A DNA stretch of 63,177 nt, counting the filler, from Octopus bimaculoides (lineage: Eukaryota): NCBI RefSeq assembly GCF_001194135.2. It is 5 parts of 4 records of this genome, joined end to end, with 100 filler letters (N's around TTAATTAATTAA, not from the genome) between each part and the next. Parts side by side here need not be neighbours in the genome. Positions count along the whole stretch, not along the records: positions 19,735 to 27,338 come from NC_068999.1; positions 27,439 to 56,729 come from NC_069002.1; 3 more parts are not named here. The stretch is one strand, 5' to 3'. The notes under the pieces were generated by a model, which worked only from the letters and a program-made list of their open reading frames with translations, was not told the DNA's origin and did no database searches. Below, one piece after another: positions 24,284-37,849 of the stretch; the stretch's first letter is position 1, and each line of letters begins with the position of its first letter. The translations under genes and the position numbers were made by a program.

Positions 24284-24340
<57 letters not shown>

Positions 24341-24477
24341 CTCGGTGACTATTTATACGGTTCCGTAAAGTTAGACCTTCTTTACTAGCGATCTACTCTA
24401 CCACTACTCATCAGTTATCCCTGGGACTTGAGACGTTCGGGGAAAACAATATATATTATACTCTATAATTTGCATAT

Positions 24478-24690
24478 GTTGAGACGCGTGGCTTAATGCA
24501 TGATAATAAGATTGTGGTTCCGTTTCCTGGACCGGGTTATGCGTTGTGTTAATTTCACATTATTCCAGTCCACTCAGCCGGCAAAAATGAGAAATCCTGT
24601 AACGGACCGGCGTCCCGTCTCCTAGGGAGTATATATGCCACAGAATCCGGGAAACCGACCTTATGAACTTATGGCTTCGAAAGAACCTCT
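24478..24690 (+). mobile_element. SINE family D
   Basis: gttgagacgcgtggcttaatg...gtttcctggaccggg...cagtccactcagccggcaaaaatgag...gggaaaccgacc. Confidence 0.75.
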
Positions 24691-24869
24691 GATTGTTTTT
24701 TTTTGTTTGTTTTTGATATCACATAATGGAGTTTTATATTAAACGTACTGGTGATCGAATTACTCACTAAATATTCAAAATGCGAAACAATGACTATTGT
24801 ATACAGTGGTCAATGTATACATTGTAGGCATTGAATTATAGTAGGTTGCTAGCGATCAGTTTAATATTC

Positions 24870-25080
24870 AACAATTTAGTGGATTGGTAGAGTTGGGCGT
24901 TGGATGAAATATTTGTGGAAGTTAGCCGTTTATGTTCTGAGTTCAAATTTCGTCGATGGCAACTTTGTTTTTTATCGATCCAGAGTCGGTAAAAATAAAG
25001 TATCAATCAAATATTGGTGCCGATTTCATCGAATATACTCATGCCCCAAATTTGAGGCCTTGTGTCAATGTTAGAAATCA
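24870..25080 (+). mobile_element. SINE family B
   Basis: tttatgttctgagttcaaatttcgtcg...gtcggtaaaaataaagta...gaggccttgtgtcaatgttagaaa. Confidence 0.7.
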
Positions 25081-25211
25081 AAACAAAACAAAATGATTAA
25101 AACCTGTTTAAAAGAGAAAACTAATTTAATATAATGTGTTGAATGTAGGAGCATAAATGCTTGAAATTTGAATAACAATGTGTGGCACAATTTTTGCCTT
25201 TGGGTAGCAAC

Positions 25212-25613
25212 TGTTATTTCCTATTTGCTTACCCCAAGAAAGTATGAAAAACGGTTAATATTTCCTTCAAACTTTGCTTTTGTTACATTTATTCAAATCC
25301 TAAAGAATCCCTCTCAACACATGGCTATGATGCTCCTCCCACTACTCTTGCTCAGGATTAGAGATATGCATATTGTCTGTCTTTGAGGAACATACTCAAG
25401 TGGTTAAGATCAAGCAATTGACAAGCAGATCTGTGGTACTGAGCAGAATATTTGCTATAACGAAATTTCTGCTTCAGCAAGTCAGCGCTAAATCTATCTG
25501 AAATGTAATGGATTAGTTTCTAAAACATTGATGTCCAGGTCACAAGAGCAAAGTTTGAAGGGAATAGTAGTCACTTCTTTTGATTTCTAGATAGAAGCAA
25601 ATAGGAAATAACA
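25212..25613. mobile_element. MITE-like element with 19-bp perfect inverted ends, containing family E sequence
   Basis: TGTTATTTCCTATTTGCTT (25212-25230) and AAGCAAATAGGAAATAACA (25595-25613). No clear TSD. Confidence 0.6.
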
Positions 25614-26223
25614 CTTACTGACCAAAGACAAAATAAATAAATACATAAATAAAAATTTTATTACACAGTATCATCGATTGGCTATAACAGAAGAAAATCT
25701 GAGTTCAGGTTTCTAACAAAAAGACTAAAAGAAAAATATTTAGAATAAAACAAAATACCAAAGATTTGTTTAAACTCCTCTATGTCTCTTATACAAATAT
25801 TCAAATAATGTTTTCCAAATTATTAACCCACCCACTCTGAAAAACAGCCATCAGGCGTAGCTTATGCTCCATTTTCTATTGGAAACATTTCCTGTTACTT
25901 CTGGTAACATTCCAAATTTTAAGTTAGGACTGGACGAAACTAAATATGCATATTAGAAATAAATACTTGAATTCGGAACGTATGTTGGTGGCCGTTGATC
26001 ACATCACGAACTATAGAAATTAAAGACTAAAAGACTAGTCGATTTATTTTCTTATTTCATACGGAATTCCTTAACACGAGAGTATATGTTTGAGTGTATA
26101 TGCGTGTAGTTTTGTGTGTGTGTGTTTGTGTGTGTATGTGCGTGTATATCTTTGTGTAAGTATGAATGTGTATGTACAAGTGCATGTGTAGATTGGTGTG
26201 TGTGTGTGTGTATGTGTGTGTGC

Positions 26224-26254
<31 letters not shown>

Positions 26255-27039
26255 TGCGTGTGAGTGTGTGTAAAGGTAAATAATGAAATAAAGAAGACCA
26301 AATCTATTCGTGTACTATTTCACAGTAAAAGTTTCATTATGGAGATGATGCAGTTGTCATCATGCGACCTCATATAAATTTGAAGAAAGCCGATCTGTTG
26401 ACGCATGTCCAGCCAAGTAACAGAAGCCGGTTCTTATATGCGTATTAAATTGGAAAGAGAGCCTGCTATTTTGTCGCTTTGCTAGTGCAAGCGGAACTGG
26501 CAGTCATTTTGAATTTCATTCATCAGCGCCCTCCAACGGAGGAGCACAATTTATGGCGTAGACTTCGACCACTGACGTACGTTATTTCACACCAGGCTTG
26601 TTAGGATGGTTGCTCAGAGTTCCGGAGTAGTGCTATATCACCTGAGATCTGGCGGGGATAAAAAAAACAACACAAAATAAACAAAAACTACTACTACTAC
26701 TACTACTACTATGACAATCGCCGCCACCTCTAGCACTACTTTAAAATCTAATATTAAATATTGCACGTAAATCAATCTGTCAGGCTTCCATGAGCGGTGT
26801 AATTGTTCGATTTAACAAGCAAAGCATATTAAGTTAGTGAGCTGAATCAAATGCTGCTTTCTTGAAAACGGTTCGTACACGAGAGGAGACCATAGCAGAG
26901 TGGTACTCACTAGTTGGCTGTTGTCAGATATTAACAATTGTATCTACCTGATGTGATTTCGTAATGGAGTCAGTTTTACTGACTTCTAAATGAGAGAGAA
27001 AACGTTTCGCATGAACACATCTGAAGCTTACAATCATCA

Positions 27040-27104
<65 letters not shown>

Positions 27105-27521
27105 GACACAAATATGTGTGTGTGTGCGCGCGCGTGTAAAAATGTACAAGCGCGCTTACACACATATAAAAGTGGTCGTGGCGGGAGTTAAGGAGTTCGC
27201 TTAGCAATCCCGTGGTTCCGAGTTCTGACCCACTGTGCAGGAATTGGGCAGCTGTTTTCTACTAAATCCCTGTGCAGGCCAATGCTTTGTGAGTGAATTT
27301 AGTAAACAGAAACTCTGGATCAGTACATTATATATATANNNNNNNNNNNNNNNNNNNNNNNNNNNNNNNNNNNNNNNNNNNNTTAATTAATTAANNNNNN
27401 NNNNNNNNNNNNNNNNNNNNNNNNNNNNNNNNNNNNNNAGTAGGACTGAACTCGGAACCATATGGTTGGTAAGAAAGCTACTTACCTCACAGCCACTCCT
27501 GCGCCTACACACACACACACA

Positions 27522-27562
<41 letters not shown>

Positions 27563-27957
27563 ACACACACATATATTTATACTCTCACTACAATGAGAGG
27601 TTGTTGTTGAGAGAAAAATATAGCGAGAGAGCGTCTATGTGTAAAATATAGACAGATGTCGCTATACTAATTAGCAAGCTTTGACTCAAAGCAGGAATAA
27701 GAGTTTCAAGACACAGTGTAATGCGCGGCTATTCTAATCAGAGGGAGCAGCAGCTGCGAAGCGGCGTCCAGTAAACCGGCAAATACGGTATATATGGTTA
27801 TTAATGATTTAGTCTTGAATAGTGTGAAAAATATTTATTTACACGAAAAAAGCCATAAAATATCGTCGACGATATTTACGATTGCGCGAATGTGCGGTGG
27901 TTTCCGCTAACAATTATTAATTCCGCGAATAAGCGGAGGCACACTGTACACACACAC

Positions 27958-27993
<36 letters not shown>

Positions 27994-29439
27994 GTACATA
28001 CATATGTGTATATATATATATGTGTGTATTGTGTGCCTTAGTGTTTATGTTTGACCCCATTCAACCACCTGACAAATGATATTGTCTTGTTTACGCCCCT
28101 GTAACTTCACAGTTCAGCAAACTAGTCGGATGGAGTAAGTGCCAGTTTCAAAAGTAAGTCCTGGGGATAAATTATTTCTACTAAAACCCTTCAAGGTGGT
28201 GCTCCTGCATGGCCACAGTCCAAGGATTTAAACGCGCAAAAGATAACACACACACATATATATTCACTCATTTCATCATCATTATCATTATCGTCATCAT
28301 CATCATCATACGGCTGGGGTAACATTGTAAGTATACTTTTGTCAGCATTGGTAATATCAACAAATATTCCATAGGTAGATCATAATTATAATTAAATTTT
28401 ATGAAATTTCTGGCTGCTTATACAAAATGACGGAATGAATGCTGATTTTCCATAGAAAAATATTTGTCTGAAAATGAAATTAAATGAAGCAAATTTCTCA
28501 TTGTATATGTGCAATAAAATTTACGATATTATTTTTCTAAATTCTATCAGCATAATCGCTATCTACTCTACCGAAAACCTAACTCAGCAAAATTTCATTA
28601 AGAATGCATAGTTTTCAGAAAGTTATAAGAATCAAAATAGGTGCTGATGCACCAAACTAAAGTTAAGTTCTCTCCTACTTTCTCGGTATATGAGTTTTGA
28701 TATATATGTGTACACACGCAGACACACGCACACAGATATACACAAACAGACACACACAGATAAACAGTACATATGAATGGTGTTCAAAATTTTCGACAGC
28801 TGTTTCAGTAAAGTTTTAGTTGATACATCGTAAAAGGTTATACCATAGAATCCACCATCATCAGGCACAATTTTTGAAAGGTACGATTCTAATGTCGACC
28901 TGGACATAGCCAACGTTTTTTGGGCAATGTGATAAAATTTTACCTCATGGCGGTGAATTATATACAATGATGTAATCTTTTGCGACTACATTAAATAAAA
29001 TACAGCCGAAACAGGTGTCGTACATTTTAAATGGAATTCGTATTTACTTTTCTGTACCACATCAAGGACCCAGTACCGAGTCGTATCGATGACTACAAAG
29101 TGGATTTGGTATTTGCACATTTGGTATTTGCCAGACCTTGAATCAGAAATGTTGTTTTATGTCACTGTGAGCTCTGTGTTTGTACCAAGCCACTTTCTGG
29201 CGTTGTACCTATTAATGTGCCTTGGTTCTTAGGGAATACTTATTTACAGCACGTGGCTTACCGGTTAGGGCATTTGGCTCATGATCGGTAGGTCGTGATT
29301 TCCGGCAGTGACTTAACATATCAAGCTAAGAATTCATTGTATCAATCTCACAATTTCTGGAGTTTAGGTTCGCAGAGAGCATAATAAATGCCCTTCCACT
29401 CCTAGGTAACTGTGTGCGTGTGTGTTTATACACATATAG

Positions 29440-29654
29440 CAGGAGTGCTGAAAAGTTCTCGGCTTTAAGGGCATTGCGAAAGGCCTGGCTGGAGGCCCAA
29501 CATTCCGAGTTCTTTTACAGGGCTAAGAAAAACTGAAGGATCGCTGCAATAAGTGTGTGAATCCGAGAGAGGATTATAGTTAATAAAATCCTAATTAACT
29601 GATCCTCCTATATTTTCTTTTACCCAAAGCAAGGAACTTTTCAGTACCCCGTCG
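29440..29654 (+). mobile_element. Mariner-derived MITE
   Basis: Imperfect TIRs caggagtgctgaaaagttctcggcttt / aaagcaaggaacttttcagtacccc. The internal aaactgaaggatcgctgcaataagtgtgtgaat reads KLKDRCNKCVN, like the mariner C-terminal KL..RW.KCV motif. Confidence 0.75.
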
Positions 29655-29927
29655 AACATACGTAGAGTGAAGCGCATGTTCTCAGATCTGAGTGTATTGC
29701 ACCTTCTAGCAGAAACAACTGTAAGTTAATGAATTTCATTTCATAATTTGCTGTTTCTCATTTAATTAATTTCATATATATTTATTAATTTAGCCTTTAA
29801 AGAATAAAGTTTCTGGGAACAGGAAATTTATAAATAACATTAAGTTCTTTTCCCTGATACAAGACCTATTTCTCTGCTTGCACTCGTTGAAAGCCAGAGT
29901 AGGTGCAACGTACATGAATGATTAACA

Positions 29928-30335
29928 CAGGTGTAGCCTTATAATAAGTTTTTTTTCCATAACCAAATGGCTCCGGTTTCAGTCCTACTGCATGGCAACT
30001 TGGTCAGGTGCCTTCTTCTATAGCCCTGGGTCGACCTAATGCCTTGTGTGTAGATTTAGTAGACGGAAACTGAAAGATCGCCGTATATATACGTGTGTGT
30101 GTGTGTGTGTTTGTGTGTATGCGTGTGAGTATTTGTGTTCATATCACTGCTTGATTTCCGATGTTGGTTTGTTTAAGTCCCCCTAATCTCGCGGCTTGGC
30201 AAAACGGACCGATGGAATAAGTACCACGCTTAAAAAAAAAGAGCAAAAATAAGTCCTAGAGTGGATTCGTTCAGCCAAAATTGCTCATAGTCGTGCCCCA
30301 GCATGGCCGCACTGTAATGAGTGAAACAAATAAAA
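29928..30335 (+). mobile_element. SINE family A, full length, diverged
   Basis: Head ccggtttcagtcctactgcatggc, internal (GT)n, tail gtgccccagcatggccgcactgtaatgagtgaaacaaataaaag. Confidence 0.8.
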
Positions 30336-31054
30336 GAAAAAAAACAGAAAAGGTAAAAAATCCGCTTTACCATTACGTCTCGAGTTCGGTTCCATTGTGT
30401 GTGGAATCTCGAGTAAACGTCATTTCATTTAGAGTCGGGTGGAGCCACAGTTTGAAAGGGAACTTGGGTGGCTGGAAATTGTATAGAGGCCATCGATGGG
30501 TAGAATCATTGTGACTGTTATTCAAAAGCTACAAGCTTCTTACACCTTGTCTCACTTTTATTCTGTCTGAATTACATTAACCTTGCGATAATTTGAATTC
30601 AGAAATTAAAGATTTCGAAAAAAATACCTTAAAGTTATTTTTCACTCAGATGTCATAATAACTTTGTCAACGATTTCTATATTAAACAACAATAATAATG
30701 TGACTAAGAAATCCTACGTGAAAGTTTCTCTCATTTTGTGCTTAATATCTCTGGCAGACGACAATTTTCATAATAAGACGAATGAACGAAATGTTCATTT
30801 ATTATTGTTTATTATTAAAATTGATTATTTGAATTTCTGAATAGTATATGGAAATTTAATTAGTTCAGTCTTTGTGTTTGGATTTCGTGTACGCATGCGC
30901 ATATACACAAATACAAAGACATGTACACACATACGCGCGCGCGTGGACACACATGTATACAATCATACGTAATATATTTATATTTATTTAAATGCATTTA
31001 CTCTCTCTCTTTCTCTCTCCCTCTCTCTCTCTCTCTCCCTCTCTCTCTCCCTCC

Positions 31055-31089
<35 letters not shown>

Positions 31090-32194
31090 CACACAGACAC
31101 ACACACACATATATTTGTATATATATATGAATGTGTATATATATATATATATATANNNNNNNNNNNNNNNNNNNNNNNNNNNNNNNNNNNNNNNNNNNNN
31201 NNNNNNNNNNNNNNNNNNNNNNNNNNNNNNNNNNNNNNNNNNNNNNNNNNNNNNNNNNNNNNNNNNNNNNNNNNNNNNNNNNNNNNNNNNNNNNNNNNNN
31301 NNNNNNNNNNNNNNNNNNNNNNNNNNNNNNNNNNNNNNNNNNNNNNNNNNNNNNNNNNNNNNNNNNNNNNNNNNNNNNNNNNNNNNNNNNNNNNNNNNNN
31401 NNNNNNNNNNNNNNNNNNNNNNNNNNNNNNNNNNNNNNNNNNNNNNNNNNNNNNNNNNNNNNNNNNNNNNNNNNNNNNNNNNNNNNNNNNNNNNNNNNNN
31501 NNNNNNNNNNNNNNNNNNNNNNNNNNNNNNNNNNNNNNNNNNNNNNNNNNNNNNNNNNNNNNNATTGGTCACACGACGCGCATACAGAATTTGAAACACG
31601 TTGTATATGAAATGTCTTTTAGAAAACAATATTTAATTCTCGATCAACACCAAAACCAAGAACAAGAAGAAAGCAAAACTAAGAACAGAATCGAATAATT
31701 TTGTTAAGAATCACACAGCAAGAATTAACCCAATAATTAATGAAGAGAGGACATACATTTTCGATAACAATTTAATCAAACTGTGAAGAATGTATTATGA
31801 AATGACAATCAGAAGAAGCAAAAATCACTCACACACAAAGAAGCAAGAACAAAATAAACAACCGTTTCTGAACGTTGCTAACGACAGCGACAGCTTCACA
31901 CCAACACCTGGAAAGAAACGTAAAAAAGCTTTAAAAGAACACCATTAATTTTATAAGAAATGTATACATAATAAGAAATAAAAGCAATGTAAAAATGCAT
32001 AACTTTAACATAAAATATTGGAAAAAAAATGGAGTAAGAATAAAGGAAAAAGAAGAAAACCACTTAAGAAATAAAAAAGAAAAACTAATTGTATTGCTTA
32101 AGTGACTTGGAGAGAAAATTTTTAAATGACTTTTCTATTGCTGTAGACAATGGCTTTATGATGATTTAGTGTGTGTGTGTGTGTGAGAGAGAGG

Positions 32195-32281
<87 letters not shown>

Positions 32282-32929
32282 GGTGTGTGAATGTGCGTAT
32301 GAGCGTTTGTGTGTTTCTAGTTCAGCCTTCGCCGCCCCAGTTGGTTTTAGATGTTACTAATATTGTTCTGTTCATTGTCATATCCGTCGTCGTGGTGGTG
32401 GTGGTGGTGGTGGTTGCGTTCTAGTTTTCTCTTAGGAACCATATATAAACAAATAAAAAGAAACGACATAAGTCATCACCATCATCATCATATTATTATT
32501 ACCATTATCATTATTATTATCAATATTAATTATAACAAAAACAACATCATCATCAACAACAACAAAAATAATAATAATAATAGATGGATATGGCTTCAAA
32601 TTTTGCCTCAAGGACAGCAGTTTTAGCGGAGGAGAGGAGTCGATTACATCGGCCCCCCCAATGTTTAACTGGTACTTATTTTATCGATCCCGAAAAGATG
32701 AAAGTCGCTTCCAATTACCTGACAGCTACCGACTAAATTTTCTCGAATGCGCCAATGTGGACAGGGGCAAAGAGGTTCAGTTGTTCCAGATCGTAACAAA
32801 ATTGAGTATTCTGTGAATAGATCATCATTTTCCACAATGCAGAGTCGTCGGCGACATACTGCAAATTATAATCTGTACAATCGACATAGATATCATCCAT
32901 CGGAAGGGCCCCGGATATTGGAAACTAAA

Positions 32930-33545
32930 TGTCTTTTCTGGCGCATCAAGCTTTCAGAGATTGGGTGAGCAAGTTAGTGTATCGGAAGTTGTTATGGAAA
33001 GGGTTATTGGAGTACAGGCGTTAAGGTTTAGTAAAGAAATATCGCTAGAGGAACCTAGAATAGAAGGCAAAGTTGTTAGAAAGCTTGAAGAAACTTTGTG
33101 ACTGACGCGCTGACAGAGAGATTGGTTCTTGATAAATTTTTCAATGCCAAGCACGAAGATTGTGTTGTCAGAGCTGGGACACGTGCGCTAAGACACTTGG
33201 GAATGAAAGCCTTTTGTAAGATTGTCTAGGATGCGGAAGGTTCGTGTAGGCTTATGCGGATGACATCACTTAATAATGGCGGATATCTTGGAAGCCGAGA
33301 TGATTGGCATTATCTTAGATGAATACGAAGCGGTGACATGAGCAAAGATTAACCAGCAGAAGTTGGCTAGCCTGCTGCTCGGCACCTGTGAAGACATGTC
33401 GGCCGACAGCGAGATAGGGTGCTGGTCGGAAGGACCTGTCAAAGTACTCGGAGTCTGGGAGGAGGTGATGAGAAGGGTGGCCACTTTCACCCAGAAATGG
33501 GCAGAGAGGAAGCTGTTCCTGAAGGGTCGCGTAGAGGTGGCGAAG
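32930..33545 (+). mobile_element. Internally deleted Tx1/L1-clade ORF2 remnant
   Basis: AYADDIT (gct tat gcg gat gac atc act, 33250-33270), then YEAVT*AKINQQK.ASLLLGT, PVKVLGVW and QKWAERKLFLKGRVEVA. Upstream LVLDKFFNAKHEDCVVRA resembles the post-endonuclease linker. Confidence 0.8.
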
Positions 33546-34622
33546 CTCCGGAACCTAGCGCATGCGTTCCTCAGTGTGTCCCTTGAAAAATCTTCTATCC
33601 TTTCCTGCCATCCGCAGCTTCGATGTTTCCGTTGTAGCTGTCCATGTCACGTCTTACATCCTTTACAATGTTCACAGAGCACTGAGCAGCGGTCATGGTG
33701 TCAACATTTTGAGACCTGGCACGGATCATCATGCTACACATATCTCTTTTCCAATATTCAGATGGCTTTCAATCCTTGTTGCCATCTAACTTTTTCTCAA
33801 CTCCAATTTTAATCTTTATGCTCTCCAACACCGTTGACTTGATCAATACATGAAGCTGTTCCGGAAAAAAGGAGACGTAATGGATCGCCAAATATATCCC
33901 TAACACTCTATACATATGTACATATATGATAAATGCGAGTAAGAGGATCTCCACTTAGGAGACTAGCAAGGAAACCCCTACCAGATCCAGGATTAACCTC
34001 GCTGGTAAGAGTAATCATCACCCAGCAATAACCGGCGATGACAGGGTAAGTCATTCACAGCAACAATGACATCAACAACGACAGCTAATAAAAACAAACA
34101 AGAAGTACCCTTTTAAAATACCACTACATTCATTTATGTGTATGGGGAGGAGACGAAGGCCCATAGAAGTAGACTTCCAAACCAAAACAAAAAGAAAAAC
34201 GAAAACCTCATGTAACTTTCAGTGATGTGTGTTTCGATAGGTTACTATGGACACACAAGTTCTCATAACCTCGCAAGACCACAAAACAATACCAGAATTA
34301 TGTCCTGTAAAAATACTAACAAGAAGACGAAGACTTAAAAGTTAGCAACTAACGCAGAAAACCTAGTTGATAATCAGGTGGAAGTAACAGCCATCTGAGG
34401 GCTTTTCTACCCACAAACCTTTGAAAAACAAATGTTTTTCATTCTACAATTTATGTACATCTTTTAAAGATCCAAGTTCAAATCCAATCAAAGTCTAATT
34501 TGCTATTCATTGATAAAATAAGTATATTTACCATGTACTTAGTCGTTCAAATCGTGTTTTTGCTAAATGTTTTACAAACTTGTAATGTATTACCAATGAA
34601 AAGAACCACCACCACCACCACC

Positions 34623-34675
<53 letters not shown>

Positions 34676-36584
34676 ACATTTTCAGTTCAGTTTATTTCCA
34701 AAGAGCATTGTTTTTCTTTTTAAATATTTGCTGGAAATAAAGTGGAATAAACCACACTTATTATTCGGAGGTCAGCTACAATGTCAAATGAACTAAAAAA
34801 AAAAGAAAAGAAAAACGAAACCAAACGAAACAAAAATACAAAACAACAACAAACAAGCTAACCATTATCCCACTTTCAGATAAATAAAACAGATATATAG
34901 AAAACCTATAGAAAAGAGATCGATAGATATTTGAAGCAATTTACCACTTGCAACATGGCGTTTAATTCGTTAAGGTACTTCTAGCTGATCAATTTAAACG
35001 GTGTTTGATTAAAGGTAATTAATTTTAAAGTAAGACTTTTGAACACAGCGTTTTGGACGTATTTCGGCATTGTTTTAATCCGCTGTTGATCACCTCTGGC
35101 CAGCGTTACGACATCTTATCAACAACACCATCGACTAAATCTAAGTGCAGAGAGAATCACCAACGCCGCCGCCATCATCNNNNNNNNNNNNNNNNNNNNN
35201 NNNNNNNNNNNNNNNNNNNNNNNNNNNNNNNNNNNNNNNNNNNNNNNNNNNNNNNNNNNNNNNNNNNNNNNNNNNNNNNNNNNNNNNNNNNNNNNNNNNN
35301 NNNNNNNNNNNNNNNNNNNNNNNNNNNNNNNNNNNNNNNNNNNNNNNNNNNNNNNNNNNNNNNNNNNNNNNNNNNNNNNNNNNNNNNNNNNNNNNNNNNN
35401 NNNNNNNNNNNNNNNNNNNNNNNNNNNNNNNNNNNNNNNNNNNNNNNNNNNNNNNNNNNNNNNNNNNNNNNNNNNNNNNNNNNNNNNNNNNNNNNNNNNN
35501 NNNNNNNNNNNNNNNNNNNNNNNNNNNNNNNNNNNNNNNNNNNNNNNNNNNNNNNNNNNNNNNNNNNNNNNNNNNNNNNNNNNNNNNNNNNNNNNNNNNN
35601 NNNNNNNNNNNNNNNNNNNNNNNNNNNNNNNNNNNNNNNNNNNNNNNNNNNNNNNNNNNNNNNNNNNNNNNNNNNNNNNNNNNNNNNNNNNNNNNNNNNN
35701 NNNNNNNNNNNNNNNNNNNNNNNNNNNNNNNNNNNNNNNNNNNNNNNNNNNNNNNNNNNNNNNNNNNNNNNNNNNNNNNNNNNNNNNNNNNNNNNNNNNN
35801 NNNNNNNNNNNNNNNNATATATATATAAATATATATAATATATAGTTTTAGGGAAAATAACCAAGTTTCAAGAACTCATCGATATATATTTTATATATAT
35901 TTTATCTATAAAGCTCAATTTAATATTAATTATTTATAAATTGATTTTAATTGAGTTTTTACCTGTAATTTTGGATTTTGTCCCTAATATTATTATATAA
36001 ATATATATATATATATATATACATATATACATGACGGTCTTCTTTTAACTTCCGTGTACAAGATCTAATCACAAGGATTTGATCAGTCCAAGTAGAAGAC
36101 ACTTGCCCGAGGTGCCAAGCAATGGGAATGAACCTGGAACCATGTGGTTGGGAAAAGAATTATATAACACGAAGATGGAAATTTCAGACTTTAATAGCAA
36201 ATCACAACAATTGTTTCTGCACCGGATACCAACCGATTGCTGAGCTTACATTCATATATCATTCAAATAAGACTGTTTCTTAGAATAATTGTCATAAAAT
36301 ATTATTCAATGACAGTTGTGTTTTAGTGCTGCCTCTGGTAGAATGCGATCAAGCATTATCGGATTTCTTTGAATCTGCTCAGATACACCGTGTCTATTAT
36401 TCTCCACCAATCAGTATGTGAAATATATATTAAAGAACTGGAATAGTTTTGTTTAAGCAGGTTATAATCAGATAAGCGGATGTCTAGTAATAACAAGTTA
36501 GTATTGCTGCTTGAATGATTGTCAAAACGATTATAAGAATGCGTGTAGGTCGATTAAAATCCTGTAGTAATTGCAATAATAATC

Positions 36585-36805
36585 TTCTCTTTTCTACTCC
36601 ATGTACAAGGCCCGAAATTTTGGGGGAGGAGGCCAGTCGATTAGATCGACCCCAGTACGCAACAGGTACATAATTTATCGACCTCGAAAGGATGAAAGGC
36701 AAAGTCGACCTCGGCAGAATTTGAACTGAGAACGTAAAGACAAACGAAATACCGCTAAGCATTTCGCCCGGCGTGCTCACGTTTCTGCCAGCAAGCCGCC
36801 TTATA
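36585..36805 (-). mobile_element. SINE family B, well-preserved copy
   Basis: ttttctactccatgtacaaggcccgaaatt...gaaaggatgaaaggcaaagtcgacctcggcagaatttgaac...cattTCGCCCGGCGTGCT; CpGs retained. Confidence 0.9.
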
Positions 36806-36936
36806 ATGGCAATAATAATGTTAATCAAACGATGGCAATATGATGTACGAATCGAAGGTAAGCAAAATCTAGGAAATTCTTTTATTCTTTTTCTTGTTTC
36901 AGTCATTTGTATATATATATATATGTATGTGTGTGT

Positions 36937-37150
36937 ATATGTTTGTGTGTCTGTGTTTGTTCTCCCCCCCCCAACATCACTTGACAACCGATGCTGGCGT
37001 GTTTACGTCCCCGTAACTTAGCGGCTCGGCAAAAGAGACCGATAAGATAGGTACTAGGTTTACAAAGACTAAGTCCTGGGGTCGATTTGCTCGACTAATG
37101 GCGGTGCTCCAGCATGGCTGCAGTCAAATGACTGAAAAGAGTAAAGGAGT
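36937..37150 (+). mobile_element. SINE family A, 3' half
   Basis: gtgtttgtctccccccc.aacatcacttgacaaccgatgctggcgtgtttacgtccccgtaacttagcgg...gactgaaaagagtaaaggagta. Confidence 0.9.
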
Positions 37151-37849
37151 AAAGATATTTCACTTTTTCCAGAATTGTTTTTTTTTAAGCTACAGAGGTT
37201 TAAAGTTTGATTATTTTCATCCGGTCAGAAAACGGGATTTGGAAGTTGTCATTTTGTTCGTGACGTGTTTTAATATGAAACTGCAAATAAACCAACTTCT
37301 GCTTTACGCGCGACATATAACCCCTCATAACATTTTTAATTTTTTGGAATTTTCCGAAAATGTTTGTGAATTTGTATTCTGCAGTCGGAAACTCACAAGA
37401 TTATGCAAAAACAAACAAAAGGAAGTGTAGGAGTGCGTGATTTAAGGCCTATTTGCCTGTTATCTTTAGCACATCTCTCGACTGGAGTACACTCAATAAA
37501 TGGGCACAAGCATATTTGTCTTGTTACTATGGAAACAGGCTTGAATGTGTATGTGGCTTACGATTGCCTAAGATTAACCAAAATTTGCAAACTTTAAAAG
37601 CTGATAACTCTTTATTTATTGATCCATGGCGAAAATTAATTACATACCATTGATTAGCATATAAAACTACATAATTATATCGATTATGCATTCATTTCGA
37701 ACAGAAACTGAAGAAATTGAAAATTGGAAAGATCCGTTGGTGGATCTAGATAGCAAGTCAGAATTGCCGTCTGCATGTGACTTGTCGTCTGCATGATCGC
37801 AAAAGTATGAAAACCCAGAGTATAATCATGCGACGCCAAGGATCTAAAG

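Noticed and set aside
24000-24290. Possible CR1/Jockey-type LINE 3' relic ending in (CT)n
   Set aside because: The motif similarity is too faint to support without a profile search.
33959-34051. Plus-strand 87-nt open segment ending at a strong donor (AGG|gtaagt)
   Set aside because: The acceptor is weak, the peptide is unrecognised, and it sits next to TE debris, so it is insufficient alone.
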